Counted from the stretch's first letter, positions 29,120 to 39,638 are shown. The stretch: DNA of 64,000 nt from an uncultured Gemmatimonadales bacterium (GCA_963816355.1 CAWFKH010000004.1:32001-96000), one strand, 5' to 3'. Numbers and translations are program-made. Notes: generated by a model not told the origin, from the letters alone.

Positions 29120-29899
29120 TCAGACCTCCAGGGAGAGCCCGTCGTGGGCGGCGTGGACGCCCGCCGGCAGGCGCTCCTCCAGCTCGGCGTGAGCCACGCG
29201 GTGGGTCAGGTGGGTGAGGAACGTGCGCTCCGCGCCGATGTCGGCGGCGACCTCGATCGCCTCTTCGACCGTCAGGTGCGTCGGGTGGGGCGGCCCGAAC
29301 CAGAGCGCGCTCAGCACCAGCACGCGCACGCCGCGGAGCACGTCGCGCACGGCCGCGGGGACCGCTTCGGCGTCGGTCACGTAGCCGAGCGCGCCGGCGC
29401 GGAAGCCGAACGCCGTGGTGTCGCCGTGCGGCACCGGAAGCGGCACCATGTCGATCCCCGCCACCTCGACGGGCTCGAAGGCGCGCAGCGGTGAGAGACG
29501 GATCTCCGGCTTCGTCGTTCCCGCGACGGCGGGGACGTCGTCGAAGATATAGGAGAAGCGGCGGCGGATCACGTCGGAAACCGGCGGCGCCGCCCAAGCC
29601 TGCAGGTCGCTGCGGCCGCGCGCGGAGAAGATGCGCAGGTCGTCGATGCCGGCGGTGTGGTCGGCGTGCTCGTGCGTGAACCAGACGGCGTCGACGGAAG
29701 CGACGCCGGCCGCGACGAGCTGGAGGCGCAGCTCGGGCGGCGTGTCGACGAGGACGCGGCGCGCGCCGTCGTCGCTCTCGAGCAGCGCGGCGTGGCGCGT
29801 GCGCCGGTCGCGCGGGTCGCTCGAAGTGCAGCGGGGGCAGTCGCAGCCGACGACCGGCACGCCGAAGGAGGTGCCGGTGCCGAGGAAGGTGAGCCTCAC
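29120..29899 (-). CDS. MBL-fold metallo-hydrolase (PhnP/YycJ-like)
   Basis: FLGTGTSFGVP, CDCPRC, THEHADH, VPHG, YVTD, THLTH; GTG at 29899 overlaps the pyk stop. Confidence 0.92.
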   Translation of the reverse strand: MRLTFLGTGTSFGVPVVGCDCPRCTSSDPRDRRTRHAALLESDDGARRVLVDTPPELRLQLVAAGVASVDAVWFTHEHADHTAGIDDLRIFSARGRSDLQAWAAPPVSDVIRRRFSYIFDDVPAVAGTTKPEIRLSPLRAFEPVEVAGIDMVPLPVPHGDTTAFGFRAGALGYVTDAEAVPAAVRDVLRGVRVLVLSALWFGPPHPTHLTVEEAIEVAADIGAERTFLTHLTHRVAHAELEERLPAGVHAAHDGLSLEV

Positions 29900-31308
29900 A
29901 GCGCCTCGACGCGCAGCATGTTGGTGGTTCCCCGCACGTGGAACGGGTAGCCCGCGGTGACGACGACGCGGTCGCCGCGCACGGCGAGAGAGCCCTCGAT
30001 GAGGTAGCGCCGCGCGGCGTCGAGCATGGCGCCGTAGGTGATCTCCTCCGTCCACAGCACCGGCTGCACGCCCCATGCGAGCGCGAGCTGGCGGTACGTC
30101 GCCTCGAGGTCGCACACGGCGATGATCGGCACCGGCGCGCGGTAGCTCGAGACGAGCCGCGCGGTGAAGCCGGTGGTCGTGAAGGTCACGATCGCCGGCG
30201 CGCCGAGCAGCCGCACCGCCTCGACCGTCGCCGCGGCGATCGCGTGCTCGGTCGGCGTGGCGCCCGCGCGCAGGTTGCCGAGGATCGGGATGTCGTACTT
30301 CGGCCCCGCCTCGTACGCGTTCGACGCCTCGATCTCGCCGCCGATGCGCGCCATCGCCTCGACCGCGAGCACGGGGAAGCGGCCGATCGCCGTCTCCTGC
30401 GACAGCATGACGGCGTCGGTGCCGTCGAAGAGGGCGTTGGCGACGTCGCTCGCCTCGGCCCGCGTCGGCCGCGGATTGCTCACCATCGACTCGAGCATCT
30501 GCGTCGCCGTGATGACCGGCCGGCCGTACAGGTTGGCGAGCTGGATGATGCGCTTCTGCGCGATCGGCACCTGCTCGAAGGGCAGCTCCACGCCCAGGTC
30601 CCCGCGCGCCACCATCACCGCGTCCGTCGCCGCCAGGATCGACTCGATGTTGTCGACCGCGACGTCCTTCTCGATCTTCGCGACGATCAGTGGCCCCTCC
30701 GGGATGCGGCGGCGCAGCCCCGTCACGTCCTCCGCCCGCTGCACGAAGGAGAGGCCGATGTAGTCGACCTCCTGCTCGACCGCGAAACGCAGGTCCTCGA
30801 GGTCCTTCTCCGTCAGCGACGGCGCGCTCACGCTCGCGCCCGGCAGGTTCATCCCCTTGTGCGCGTGCAGCACGCCGCCGCGGCGCACCCGGCAGCGCAC
30901 ACGCGGCGGCTCGACCGCCTCCACGCGCAGCTCCATCAGGCCGTCGTCGAGCAGGATGCGGCCGCCCACGCCGACGTCCATGGCGAGGTCGGCGTACGTC
31001 GCGGGCAGCTCGGGCGGACGGGCCATCGACTCCGGCGCGATCACGACGACGGCGTCGTCCTCGAGGTGGTACGGCTCCGCCAGGTCCCCGATGCGGATCT
31101 TCGGCCCCGCCAGGTCGGCGAGCACCGCGATCGGCTTCGCCAGCTCGGCGGCGGTCTCGCGCGCCCAGCGGATCGAGCGCGCGTGCTCCTCGTGCGTGCC
31201 GTGCGCGAAGTTGATGCGGAAGACATCGACCCCGGCCCGCGCCAGAGCGAGAAGCGTCTCCGGCGCCGCGGTGGCGGGTCCGATGGTCGCGACGATCTTG
31301 GTGCGCAA
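29896..31308 (-). CDS. pyk: Pyruvate kinase
   Basis: TKIVATIGP, RINFAHG, DLAGPKIR, MVARGDLGVE, ATQMLESM, PTRAEASD; TTG start after AAGGAG. Confidence 0.97.
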   Translation of the reverse strand: MRTKIVATIGPATAAPETLLALARAGVDVFRINFAHGTHEEHARSIRWARETAAELAKPIAVLADLAGPKIRIGDLAEPYHLEDDAVVVIAPESMARPPELPATYADLAMDVGVGGRILLDDGLMELRVEAVEPPRVRCRVRRGGVLHAHKGMNLPGASVSAPSLTEKDLEDLRFAVEQEVDYIGLSFVQRAEDVTGLRRRIPEGPLIVAKIEKDVAVDNIESILAATDAVMVARGDLGVELPFEQVPIAQKRIIQLANLYGRPVITATQMLESMVSNPRPTRAEASDVANALFDGTDAVMLSQETAIGRFPVLAVEAMARIGGEIEASNAYEAGPKYDIPILGNLRAGATPTEHAIAAATVEAVRLLGAPAIVTFTTTGFTARLVSSYRAPVPIIAVCDLEATYRQLALAWGVQPVLWTEEITYGAMLDAARRYLIEGSLAVRGDRVVVTAGYPFHVRGTTNMLRVEAL

Positions 31309-31707
31309 TGCGATCTCCTTCCGACGCCGCCGCGCGAATTTCGCGGCGAATCGTTATCCTTTCCGGGCGCGTCGCCGCGCGGTGCCGTGCCGCGGGGGCG
31401 CAGGCGACGCCGCAATCGTGCCGCACGGGGCCGCGCCGCACCGCCCGGCCGGCACAACTCGCCTCGTTGCATGATAGCGAATAACTTCGCCGTTGCGGGC
31501 GCCCATCCGTCGATCAGGAGGTTCGTGGTCTTGTCTTCGCGCGCGACGATCGTGTCGGTCGCTGCTCCGGCTCCGCCCGGCGCGGGCGGCGCATCCGTGA
31601 TGCGGGGCGGGCGCGGCGGGCGCGGATCGAGGGGGGCGCGGCTCGGAGCCTCCAGCGTGGCGGACGCCGCGAATCCTAGGAGCGACGACGCGGGCGCGCA
31701 AACGCCC

Positions 31708-31723
31708 CGGCAAAGCTCTTGCA
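31708..31723 (+). promoter_or_regulatory. Candidate sigma-54 promoter upstream of rnd
   Basis: CGGCAAAGCTCTTGCA has GG-N10-GC spacing with TTGCA; motif match only. Confidence 0.35.
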
Positions 31724-31736
31724 CCGCGCGATTGTC

Positions 31737-32918
31737 GTGAAATTCGTCCAGGAGGCGGAAACGCTGGTGGCGCTGGGGCGGCGGCTGCGCGGCGCGGCCC
31801 TGATCGGCGCCGACACCGAAGCGGCGGGCTTTCACCGCTATCACGACCGGATCTGCCTGCTGCAGGTGTCGACGCGCGAGGAGACGTACGTGATCGACAC
31901 GCTCGCCCTGGCACGGCCGGGCGGCGAGGCCGCGACCGGCGCCGCGGCGCTGGACGGCATCGGCGCGGTGCTCGGCGACGCGGAAACCGAAGTGATCTTC
32001 CACGACGCCGACTACGACGTCCGCCTGCTGCACCGGGACTTCGGCATCGCCGTGGGCGGTCTCTTCGATACGAAGATCGCGGCGCAGTTCCTGGGCGAGC
32101 CGGCGATCGGACTCGCCAGCCTGCTGGAGAAGTACGTCGGCATCGTGCTCGAGAAGAAGTACCAGCGCGCGGACTGGGCGCGCCGCCCGCTGCCGCCGGA
32201 GATGCTCGCCTACGCGGCGAAGGACACCGAGCACCTGCCGCCGCTGCGCGACGCGCTCCGCGCCGAGCTGGAGGCGCGCGGCCGCCTCGCCTGGGCGGAG
32301 GAGGAGTTCCGGCTCATCGAGGCGCTGCGCTGGGAGCCGACGGAGCAGCCGGATGAAGCGTATCTTCGAATGAAGGGGACGCGCGACTTCACGCCCCGCC
32401 AGCTCGCCGCGCTGCGCGAGCTCTACGACTGGCGCGAGGAGGAAGCGCGCGAGCGCGACGCCGCTCCCTTCCGCGTCGTGTTGAACGAAGTCCTGCTCTC
32501 GGTCGCACGCACGCTGCCCGCGAGCCGGGAGGCGCTGCAGGACGAGGCCGGCATCTCGTCCGGGCTGGCGAGGCGGTGGGGCGGCGACCTCCTCGACGGC
32601 GTCTCCCGGGCGCTGCGCGTGCCGGAGGCGGAGCTGCCGCGCCGCCCGCGCCGGGGCGCGCGGCCGCCGCGCGATCCGGAGCTGGACGCCATCGTCGACC
32701 GGCTGCGCGCCGCGCGCGACGGCGGCGCGCGGGAGCTGGGGCTCGATCGCGGGTTCCTCATGCCGCGCTCGCAGCTCGAGGAGATCGGCCGCGCGCGGCC
32801 GGCGTCGCGGACGGCGCTGGAGGCGGTCGCCAGCGTGCGCCGCTGGCAGGTGGACGCCCTCGGCGATCGCCTGCTCGCCGCGCTACAATCAACACGTACG
32901 GGGAGCGCCGGCGCCTGA
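31737..32918 (+). CDS. rnd: Ribonuclease D (DEDDy exonuclease plus HRDC)
   Basis: ADTEAA, CLLQVST, FHDADYD, FDTKIAA, DWARRPL, YAAKD, WREEEARERD; start at GTG 31737 or TTG 31719. Confidence 0.92.
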   Translation: MKFVQEAETLVALGRRLRGAALIGADTEAAGFHRYHDRICLLQVSTREETYVIDTLALARPGGEAATGAAALDGIGAVLGDAETEVIFHDADYDVRLLHRDFGIAVGGLFDTKIAAQFLGEPAIGLASLLEKYVGIVLEKKYQRADWARRPLPPEMLAYAAKDTEHLPPLRDALRAELEARGRLAWAEEEFRLIEALRWEPTEQPDEAYLRMKGTRDFTPRQLAALRELYDWREEEARERDAAPFRVVLNEVLLSVARTLPASREALQDEAGISSGLARRWGGDLLDGVSRALRVPEAELPRRPRRGARPPRDPELDAIVDRLRAARDGGARELGLDRGFLMPRSQLEEIGRARPASRTALEAVASVRRWQVDALGDRLLAALQSTRTGSAGA

Positions 32919-32951
32919 GCCGGCGGACGCACCGAGAAGGGGGAAGAGCGA

Positions 32952-33317
32952 ATGGGGTGGGAGATCCTGGAGCGTGAAGACCTGTCCGTCTACGTCGTCG
33001 CCGGCGTGCCGCGCAGCTTCAAGCGCAAGCTGCAGAAGTTCGTGGAGACGGAAGCGAAATCGAACGGCGACGTCATGCTCGTCGACGACGAGTTCACGGA
33101 CTGGATGCTGGCGCGGCTGAACAACGAAAAGCGGCGGCGCTCCGACCGCACACCCGCGAGCTCCGCCCTCTGGCGCGCGTTCTCCGCCCTCAGCGCCGCC
33201 CGCTACCACCTCAAGGACCAGCCCCAAGAGGAGGAGCGCGTCCGCACCATGCGACAGCAGGTGGAGGAGCTGTGGAGGGAGCTCAGTCCGATGTTTGAGG
33301 AGGAAGAGGAGGAGTGA
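32952..33317 (+). CDS. Hypothetical protein, 121 aa
   Basis: Purine-rich RBS, GC3-biased codons, normal amino-acid composition; acidic tail. Confidence 0.75.
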   Translation: MGWEILEREDLSVYVVAGVPRSFKRKLQKFVETEAKSNGDVMLVDDEFTDWMLARLNNEKRRRSDRTPASSALWRAFSALSAARYHLKDQPQEEERVRTMRQQVEELWRELSPMFEEEEEE

Positions 33318-33497
33318 GGGTGGGTTCCGGCGGGTCTGGGGTCTGCGGAGGGGGTCTGCGGGGGGTCTGGGGTACGGGGGTCTGCGGGGGGCGCCTGCCG
33401 GCGGGGGTACGGGGGTCTGCGGGGGGTCTGGGGTACGGGGGTCTGCGGGGGGCGCCTGCCGGCGGGGGTCGCGGGTCTGCCGGGGGGGGCGAGGGTG
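33318..33497. repeat. G-rich GGGGTCTG element with an exact 59-bp duplication (33350-33408 / 33411-33469)
   Basis: Read directly; core shared with 43526-43560 and, inverted, about 45825-45881. Confidence 0.9.
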
Positions 33498-33622
33498 CCC
33501 GCAGTCCAACCCGCAGTTGAATCCCGCAGTTGAATCCCGCAGTTGAATCCCGCAGTTGAATCCCGCAGTTGAATCCCGCAGTTGAATCCCGCAGTTCAAT
33601 CCCGCAGTCCGTTCAATCCCGC
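33498..33622. repeat. Tandem array of the 13-bp unit AGTTGAATCCCGC (6 perfect units, 33515-33592, plus degenerate flanking units)
   Basis: Read directly; reverse complement of the family at 12453-12548. Confidence 0.97.
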
Positions 33623-33629
33623 CGTCGAC

Positions 33630-34103
33630 TCAAAACGGATCAAACCCAAACGCATAATAATCACTCCCCCTCCCCTCCACGCCCTCCGCCGCCTCCGCCA
33701 ACTCCGCGACGATCGCGGCGTCCTCTCCCGCGCCCTCGGCCGCCTGCCCGATCGAGCCGAGCAGGCGGCGCACCTCCTCCGGACGGAGCAGCACGTAGGC
33801 GCGCGGTTCGGGGCTCTCGCCGCGCGGCTGCACCACCAGGTTGACGAGATCGGTCTCGCGGGAAATCTTCCACACGTCGGCGGTCTTCTTGAGCAGCTTG
33901 TCCGCCGTCTTGACACCGGTGTGGAGGGAGCGTACCAGCTTCTGCAGCTCGCGGTCCGCGGCTTCCTCGCGCTGGCGGCCGTAGCGGCGCGCGAGCGTGT
34001 CGGGCGGGCCCTCCTCGCGCCGGCCCGCGGCCTCGGTGAGGACGTCGCCTACGTAGGCGTAGATGCCGAGGACCAGCGGGATCGGATCGATCGCGACTCG
34101 CAT
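33630..34103 (-). CDS. Hypothetical protein, 157 aa
   Basis: ATG at 34103 with GAGGAG RBS; GC3-biased codons; MRVAIDPIPLVLGIYAY...YYAFGFDPF. Confidence 0.75.
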   Translation of the reverse strand: MRVAIDPIPLVLGIYAYVGDVLTEAAGRREEGPPDTLARRYGRQREEAADRELQKLVRSLHTGVKTADKLLKKTADVWKISRETDLVNLVVQPRGESPEPRAYVLLRPEEVRRLLGSIGQAAEGAGEDAAIVAELAEAAEGVEGRGSDYYAFGFDPF

Positions 34104-34264
34104 GTACGCTCGCTCCTCAGGGAGTGGGTGCCGGGACCGGCCGCCGCGCGTCTCGCAAGCGGAAGACGGCGAGGCCCGTGATGAGGCCGCGCGACACCGT
34201 GACGGCCGCGCGGCGGGTACCGATGATGCTTGCAGCAATAATCGTTCGTCAACCAGGAGCCGGA

Positions 34265-34639
34265 ATGGTGCGTTTCGGAAGGTTCACGCTCGCGGCGGCG
34301 GCCGCGCTGACGCTCGCGGGCTGCAAGGACGTCGGCCTCCAGGGGAACGTGCCGCTGGCGGATGCGGTCGACCGCGCCCCCAAACCGCTCGTACAGCAGA
34401 CGACGCCGCTCCACCCGGCGCCCGCCGCGGGCGCGCCGCAAGCGTTCCGCCTGGACAGCGCGACGTGGGTGGCGAGCGACACCGAGCTGAAGGTGGGCGA
34501 CGGAGACGTGCACGAGGTCGCGACCGTCGATGGCACCGCCGTCTACGCGCTCCGCTGGGACGACTCGCCCTACGACCGCTTGCTCGCGAAGCGGCCGCAG
34601 GGCGGCTATCAGCAGTACGACAAGGTGATCGGCCGCTGA
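34265..34639 (+). CDS. Hypothetical lipoprotein, 124 aa
   Basis: AGGAG RBS; MVRFGRFTLAAAAALTLAG-C lipobox. Confidence 0.78.
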   Translation: MVRFGRFTLAAAAALTLAGCKDVGLQGNVPLADAVDRAPKPLVQQTTPLHPAPAAGAPQAFRLDSATWVASDTELKVGDGDVHEVATVDGTAVYALRWDDSPYDRLLAKRPQGGYQQYDKVIGR

Positions 34640-34667
34640 GGCTCGCCGCTCGCCGGGCGCCGGCGGC

Positions 34668-36593
34668 TCATCGGCTCCACCGGTTGTCCACGGTGTCGGC
34701 GTCCATCCAGATGCCGCCGTCGACGACGAGGCCGGCCAGCGCCCCCGCGCCGGTGAGCCGGATCTCCGCCCGCCGTGTGTCCTGCCGCCAGACGGCGGCG
34801 CTCTCGTGCACGGTGCGTTCGCGGCCATCGTCGTAGCGCAGGCGCAGGTCGAAGGGGGCGGGCAGGCCTCCGACGTTGTCGATGGCGACGGTGTAGCCGT
34901 CGCCGTCGCGGCGCACGTCGGCGACGGCGAGGTCGATGGTGCCGGCGGCGAAATACCAGGCGCTCCAGAACCAGTCGAGATCGCGGCCGGCGGCGGCGTC
35001 GAAGGTGTAGAAGAAGTCCCACGGCGTGGGGTGCTTGCCGTGCCAGCGGCTCATGTAGGCGTGCAGCGCGGCGGCGAAGGTGGAGTCCCCGAGCATGTCC
35101 CTCAGCGCGATGTAGCCGAGCGCCGCCTTGCCGTAGGCGTTGTAGCCGTAGGCCGAGCCGGTGAGCCCGTCGGCGGGGGTGACGATCGGCAGCTCGGCGG
35201 CGGGCGAGGTGTCGGCGATCCAGCGCCGCACGCGGAAGCGGCGGAAGAAGTCGTCCGCCGCCGGCCTCCCCCGGTCGGCCACGTTCATGAAGTACTCGAA
35301 GGTCGTGGCCCACCCCTCGTCCATGAACGCGTAGCGCGTCTCGTCGATCCCCATGTAGAACGGCATGTAGGTGTGGGCGATCTCGTGGTTCGCGACGAAG
35401 CGCGCCATCGCGCTGTCGGCGTACGACTCGTCGTTCGCCATCATCGGGTACTCCATGCCGGCGCCGCCCTGGAATTCCGTCGTCTTCGCGTACGGGTACG
35501 GCACGCCCGGCCAGCGGTGCGACAGATAGTCGAGCGCGTGGCGGCCGAACTGCACCATGTGGTGGAAGTCGGCGGCCGTGTCGTGGTAGGCCGCCTGCAC
35601 GCCGGCGCGGCGGCGCGCGGCGTCGTCGACCCGCACGCTCGCGGCGTCCCAGTCGTAGTGGTCGCTCACGCCGAAGGCGACGTCCGGCACGTCGCGCGAC
35701 GCGAAGCGCCACACGTTCGGCGCGCCGCGCCGCGTCACCGCGCCGGAGGCGAGCTCGGCCGCCGTCGCCACGTGGATCGTGGTGTCCGAGGAGAACGACG
35801 CGCGCAGACGCCGCGCGTACGCGGGCCGCAGCACGGAGTCCGGGTCCTGCAGCGCGCCGGTGCCCCAGACGACGAAGCCGGGCGGCACGCGGACGGCGAC
35901 GTCGTAGTCGTTGAAGTCGCTGTAGAACTCGTGGCCGGTGTGCTCCATGCGGTCCCAGCCGTCCACGTCGTCGTAGACGGAGACGCGGGGATAGAAGTAG
36001 GCGAGGAAGAAGGTGGTCGAGTCGATCATCCCTTCGCGCCCCGCCTGCACGGACACGTCGTAGTGCCAGCGGAACGAGAGGCGCACGGAGTCGTGGGGGA
36101 GCAGCGGCGAGGGCAGCCGCGCATCCTGCCACGTGAAGGAGCGGCGGCTCGCGCGCCATGGCTGCGGCCGTCCGTCGACGGCGAAGGCGTCGATCTGGAC
36201 GCCGGCGGTGAGGAACTCCGGCGAGGTGCCGCCGGCGCGCGGCGCGCCGGGCTCGTGGTAGTTCTGGAAGAGCCGGATCACCAGGCTGGAGAGCGTGTCC
36301 GGGCTTTCGTTCACGTACGTGATGCGCTCCTCGCCCGCCACGCGGCGGTCCGGCGGCGCGACCGCGAGGGTGATCTCGTAGCGGCCGTGGTTCTGCCAGT
36401 ATCGCGGCCCCGGCCGCCCGTCCAGCGTCCGCGTCCCCTTCGCCACCGCCAGCTTCACGTCGCGCGGCATGTAGAGCGCCGGCTGCGGCGGCGATGGCTG
36501 CGGCGGCGAGGGCAGCAGCGGCAGCGACAGCAGCGCGAGCAGAGCGAGCTTCGTCGCGAGGATTCCCGTACCGTCGAACGGCGCACCGGTCAT
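34668..36593 (-). CDS. Secreted M1-family zinc aminopeptidase
   Basis: Signal peptide, GRPGPRYWQN, GMEYP, HEIAH...MDEG; ATG at 36593. Confidence 0.9.
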   Translation of the reverse strand: MTGAPFDGTGILATKLALLALLSLPLLPSPPQPSPPQPALYMPRDVKLAVAKGTRTLDGRPGPRYWQNHGRYEITLAVAPPDRRVAGEERITYVNESPDTLSSLVIRLFQNYHEPGAPRAGGTSPEFLTAGVQIDAFAVDGRPQPWRASRRSFTWQDARLPSPLLPHDSVRLSFRWHYDVSVQAGREGMIDSTTFFLAYFYPRVSVYDDVDGWDRMEHTGHEFYSDFNDYDVAVRVPPGFVVWGTGALQDPDSVLRPAYARRLRASFSSDTTIHVATAAELASGAVTRRGAPNVWRFASRDVPDVAFGVSDHYDWDAASVRVDDAARRRAGVQAAYHDTAADFHHMVQFGRHALDYLSHRWPGVPYPYAKTTEFQGGAGMEYPMMANDESYADSAMARFVANHEIAHTYMPFYMGIDETRYAFMDEGWATTFEYFMNVADRGRPAADDFFRRFRVRRWIADTSPAAELPIVTPADGLTGSAYGYNAYGKAALGYIALRDMLGDSTFAAALHAYMSRWHGKHPTPWDFFYTFDAAAGRDLDWFWSAWYFAAGTIDLAVADVRRDGDGYTVAIDNVGGLPAPFDLRLRYDDGRERTVHESAAVWRQDTRRAEIRLTGAGALAGLVVDGGIWMDADTVDNRWSR

Positions 36594-36630
36594 CGAGCGT
36601 CCTTCCTTTCCCGTGGTGGCCGGGGCGCGC

Positions 36631-37497
36631 TCACGCCCCCGCCATGAAGTCGTAGTCGACCACCTCGCCGATCCGGCGGTAGCCGATCCGTGCGTAGATC
36701 GCGTTCGACGTGGGATTGCCCAGGTCCGTGTACAGGAAGCAGCACCGCAAGCCCTCGTCCAGGCAGAGCTGGCTGAGCGCCGCCACGCACGTCGACGCGT
36801 AGCCGCGGCCGCGCAGGCCGCGGGGCGTGTAGACGTAGCCGATGCGCGCGCCGTGGGGCGTGCGGCCCACGCGGGCCGCAAGCGAGCGGGCGCCATCGTC
36901 GTCCCACAGGTACACCTCGCCGCGCTCGACGCGCTCGTGAGCGCGCACATCGGCGCGCGGGTCCGCAAGTCCCATCTCCTCGACCGCCCGGCCGATCCAG
37001 TCGACGACGAGGTCGACATCGTCCGCGCCGGCGACGCGCAGCCGTCCGGCCGCCGGCCGCGCCGGAGGCACCACGCGATCCAGCTCGTAGAGGCCCTGCG
37101 GCCGGCCGCGGCTCGGCCTCGCCCGGCGCGCGGCCGCCCACGCTTCGGCGAAGGCGCGGGCGGCCGACTCGGGTCCCATCACCGCGGGCAGCCAGGCGTA
37201 GACGCGGGCGACGTCGTCGGCGAGCGCGGGCGCGGCGGCCGCCGGCATGCGGGTCAGGCCGAGTTTGTACGGAGGCGTGCGGAAGGCGCAGCCCGCCACC
37301 TCGTCACCGCGCTCGATCGTGGCGAGGTAGACCGGCGGCTGAGCGGAGGCGGACCGCTGGACGAGGGCGGCGGCGATGCCGAGGATCAGGTTGTGCTCCG
37401 CCTCGCGGCGAAGCAGCCAGGGCCCGGCGCGCTCGAGGAAGGCGGCGGCGTCCGGGTGGCGGCGCACGGTGCAGGTCGGCGCGACGGCGCCCTCCAC
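36631..37497 (-). CDS. GNAT family N-acetyltransferase
   Basis: RIGYVYTPRGLRGRGYAS motif A; LYTDLGNPTSNAIYARIGY. Confidence 0.9.
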   Translation of the reverse strand: MEGAVAPTCTVRRHPDAAAFLERAGPWLLRREAEHNLILGIAAALVQRSASAQPPVYLATIERGDEVAGCAFRTPPYKLGLTRMPAAAAPALADDVARVYAWLPAVMGPESAARAFAEAWAAARRARPSRGRPQGLYELDRVVPPARPAAGRLRVAGADDVDLVVDWIGRAVEEMGLADPRADVRAHERVERGEVYLWDDDGARSLAARVGRTPHGARIGYVYTPRGLRGRGYASTCVAALSQLCLDEGLRCCFLYTDLGNPTSNAIYARIGYRRIGEVVDYDFMAGA

Positions 37498-37507
37498 GGT
37501 CCGCGGC

Positions 37508-37666
37508 TCAGTAGAGGCGGGTTGCGAGGCGCCGGCCGAGATACATGCCCAGCCCGGTCCCCACCATGCTGACGACGAACGCGGTCAGGATCGAGACCGG
37601 CGCGCCTACGTACCAGCCCACCGTGCCGCCGATCGTGGCTCCTGTCCAGCCGAGGATCTTCTGCAT
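37508..37666 (-). CDS. Small Gly-rich membrane protein, 52 aa
   Basis: GGGAGG RBS; MQKILGWTGATIGGTVGWYVG... with two hydrophobic helices. Confidence 0.7.
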   Translation of the reverse strand: MQKILGWTGATIGGTVGWYVGAPVSILTAFVVSMVGTGLGMYLGRRLATRLY

Positions 37667-37817
37667 CGCCGCGCCTCCCCGCGTTCCACTCGCCGCTCCG
37701 GCGCGTCGCCGCGAGGCGACGTCCGGCGGAGGACCAATATATCCGCCTGGACCCGGTACGGGCACGGGTCGCCCCGCCGGCCTGCACGATCCCCCGCCCA
37801 CGCCTTACCTTGTCACC

Positions 37818-39638
37818 ATGTCGACCCGGAACCGATGCACCTGGGTGGGGACGCTCGCCACGATCGCCGCGGTGGCGACGGCGGCGGTGGCGACGACCCC
37901 GGCGCCGGCCGCCGCGCAGGCGCTCGCGCCGCACCTGACGGGGGACGTCGGGGTGGACCCGGCGCAGGGCCTGCTCCACGGTTCGCTCTGCCTGTCCGGC
38001 TTCGACGCGCGAACGCCGGTGCGCTTCCTCCTCGCCGCGCCGCTCAACGTCAAGGCGGTGACCGACACGGCGGGCAACGAGCTCCAGTGGGGCGAGGTGT
38101 CGGAGCCGCGCACCGTGGGCGAGGCGCGCGAGTACCTGGCGCAGGCGCCGTCGAAGGAGCCGCTCACCTCGATGTGCGTGCAGTTCCGCGGCGCCGTCCC
38201 GGTCTACGAGACGAATTCCGCGAGATCCGACTGGAAGGGCCGCATCGCCGCGACCCACGGCACCCTCCGCGCGGCGGAGCAGACGCGCTGGTACCCGACG
38301 CTCTTCGACTCCGCGGCGGCGACGGCGGTGACCGACGTCACCTACCGGCTCCACGTGGCGTGCGCGACGTGCCGCGCGCTGTACGTCAACGGCGCGCCCG
38401 TCGTCGTCGACACGAGTGGAAGCTTCGCGTCCACGGTGCCGCGGGCGCCGCTCCTCTTCGTCGGTGACTTCGACGTACGGAAGACGCCGGCGCTCACCTT
38501 CCTCGGCGGCTCGGCGGACAGCGCCACGGCGCACGTCTTCACCGACGCGTTCGATCGCATCTCCGGCTATTACGCGAAGCTGCTCGGCATCCCGTACGGC
38601 GATCACCCGGTGCTGCTTTCGTTCTACTCCGTGTCGCAGCGGTATCCGCCCGGTCAGGTGAGCTGGCAGTTCGTGACCTGGCCGACGATCACCTTCTCCG
38701 GCGGCATCGACTTCGGCCGCCTCGTCGAGAACGCCGACGGCGGGCGGCTGCCGGACTGGCTGTGGAAGTCGCTCAGCCACGAGATGGGCCACTACTACTT
38801 CGGCACGCTCCACATGCCGCACGGTCCGCTCTTCTGGCCAGTCCTGGAATCGACGGCGGAGTACCTGTCGCTGAAGTCCGCAGCCCATTTCCGCGGCGAC
38901 CTCAGCCTCTACGCCTCGGTGGCGCGGGACCTGGCCGCGATCGACACGAGCCTCACGCCGCTGAACCGCGTGAGCGCCCAGGGCGAGGTCACCTCCGCGT
39001 ACCGCTACCAGGTCGCGCCGCTCTACCTCCTCGAGCTCGACCACGCCGTCGGCGAGGCGAAGGTGGCCGCGATGCTGCGCGCGCTCGCCCGCTCACCCGA
39101 CGCCGAGACCGCCGACTGGGACCAGCTCGTGCGCGCCGCCCGCACCGCCGGCATCACGGAGGCGCAACTCACCGCCGCGATGGCGCCAGACGCCGTCCGG
39201 CGCGACCTCTCCGCGCGCGTCGAGCGCACGCTCGCGACCGCGGCCGACACGGCGGATCCAGACGTCGTCGTCAACGCGATCGCGTCCCTGATCGGCACGG
39301 ACACGACCAGCGCCGGCCGGCTTCGTCTCGTGCCGCTGTTGCAGAAGGTCGTCGCGCGCGATCCGGGCGCCATGGGGGCGTACTACCAGATCGGCAAGAT
39401 CGGCGCGCTCACCGGGAAGGAGCTCGACGCGGCGACGCGGGCGCTCGAGCGCTACCTGAGCGAGCCGGCGCAGCCGGGCCAGCCGAGCCACGGCGCGGCC
39501 GAGTGGCGCCTCGGCATGATCGCGGAGGCGAGGGGCGACCTCACGCGCGCGAAGGAGATGTACGCGCGGGCCGTGGAGCACGACCCGTCGCTCGGCGACG
39601 CGGCCGCCGCCCTGGACCGGCTGCGCTCGGCGAAGTAG
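37818..39638 (+). CDS. Secreted gluzincin/M1-like metallopeptidase with C-terminal TPR repeats
   Basis: Signal peptide ending AAA-Q, HEMGH...ESTAEY, TPR-like AYYQIG / AEWRLG helices; ATG at 37818. Confidence 0.82.
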   Translation: MSTRNRCTWVGTLATIAAVATAAVATTPAPAAAQALAPHLTGDVGVDPAQGLLHGSLCLSGFDARTPVRFLLAAPLNVKAVTDTAGNELQWGEVSEPRTVGEAREYLAQAPSKEPLTSMCVQFRGAVPVYETNSARSDWKGRIAATHGTLRAAEQTRWYPTLFDSAAATAVTDVTYRLHVACATCRALYVNGAPVVVDTSGSFASTVPRAPLLFVGDFDVRKTPALTFLGGSADSATAHVFTDAFDRISGYYAKLLGIPYGDHPVLLSFYSVSQRYPPGQVSWQFVTWPTITFSGGIDFGRLVENADGGRLPDWLWKSLSHEMGHYYFGTLHMPHGPLFWPVLESTAEYLSLKSAAHFRGDLSLYASVARDLAAIDTSLTPLNRVSAQGEVTSAYRYQVAPLYLLELDHAVGEAKVAAMLRALARSPDAETADWDQLVRAARTAGITEAQLTAAMAPDAVRRDLSARVERTLATAADTADPDVVVNAIASLIGTDTTSAGRLRLVPLLQKVVARDPGAMGAYYQIGKIGALTGKELDAATRALERYLSEPAQPGQPSHGAAEWRLGMIAEARGDLTRAKEMYARAVEHDPSLGDAAAALDRLRSAK

